NCBI GenBank assembly: GCA_963695335.1
Contig: OY968764.1
Span: forward strand, 96,001-160,000
Origin: an uncultured bacterium
Lineage (GTDB): Bacteria > Babelota > Babeliae > Babelales > Vermiphilaceae
Direction: 5' to 3'
DNA: 64,000 nt
Below the pieces are notes generated by a model, which did not search any database, had not been told where the DNA came from, and was given only the letters and a program-made list of their open reading frames with translations. Shown here piece by piece: positions 63,442-64,000 of the stretch. Each line of letters begins with the position of its first letter. Position 1 is the stretch's first letter. The position numbers were made by a program, and so were the translations under genes.

Positions 63442-64000
63442 ATGAAACACATTTGTTTAATCATCTCATTTTTTTTATGCAGTTCTCATACAGCACATGC
63501 TATGGAAAAAGAAAAAGAAAAATTAAAACCTATAGCCAGCATATTACAATCAATAAAAACATTACCAAAAAAAGTTGCTGCACCATTTATTAAAAAACAA
63601 TCAAAAACACCTATACTTATCGTAGAGAAAACACACTCTGAAGGCCATGCATGCGTTCAAGCTATAAAAGATAATGATCCAGAACAATTAGAATTGGAAT
63701 TATCTATAATGGGAGCGGATGTTAATTACATCAGTAATGGAAAATCACTTTTTTATATAGCATGTGAAGAAAGAGCCACAAAACATACCAATACAAATAT
63801 TCTTGAAATATTGCTTACGCATGAAAATATAGATCTCACTTCTCGAAATGCACGAGGATCAATACCTTTAGATGTGGCATGCCAACTGGGTTTAGCCTCA
63901 ACAGTTGCATCTATGCTCAAAAAATCACCTGCAGCTGTATATTACAGAGATACACATGGTTTTACTCCATTACATACAGCAGTAGCTTGTGGAAAACAAG
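63442..64000 (+). CDS. Secreted ankyrin-repeat protein (3'-partial, absent from the ORF track)
   Basis: AAGGAG RBS; MKHICLIISFFLCSSHTAHA-MEKE; GADVN, GSIPLDVAC, GFTPLHTAV; open to the window end. Confidence 0.88.
   Translation, partial: MKHICLIISFFLCSSHTAHAMEKEKEKLKPIASILQSIKTLPKKVAAPFIKKQSKTPILIVEKTHSEGHACVQAIKDNDPEQLELELSIMGADVNYISNGKSLFYIACEERATKHTNTNILEILLTHENIDLTSRNARGSIPLDVACQLGLASTVASMLKKSPAAVYYRDTHGFTPLHTAVACGKQ

Overview
AT-rich bacterial chromosomal window. Gene content suggests an intracellular protist parasite, most likely Candidatus Dependentiae/TM6 (Babeliae); this is inference from the many signal-peptide ankyrin and eukaryote-like proteins, the T2SS pseudopilin operon and the toxin-antitoxin modules. 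Housekeeping genes (leuS, atpD-atpC, pgi, priA, orn, a tandem-fused ddl, two P-type ATPases) alternate with paralogous arrays of putative secreted effectors. Two complete IS elements (IS5 family, IS481 family) have recognisable TIRs and target duplications. Main observations: (1) several families of short palindromic repeats nest inside each other and sit in frame inside Ddl, GspJ and GspK; (2) ten unrelated exported proteins have a signal peptide ending directly before a Met, usually Met-Glu; (3) there are eukaryote-like effector candidates, namely three HDAC11-like pseudo-deacetylases, an ATAD3-like AAA+ ATPase, three PI3/4K/HipA-like kinases and a G1 glutamic peptidase. Frameshifts in leuS, herA and one antitoxin are probably sequencing errors. 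No rRNA, tRNA or CRISPR array was seen. All homology calls are by eye from remembered motifs; no searches were run.
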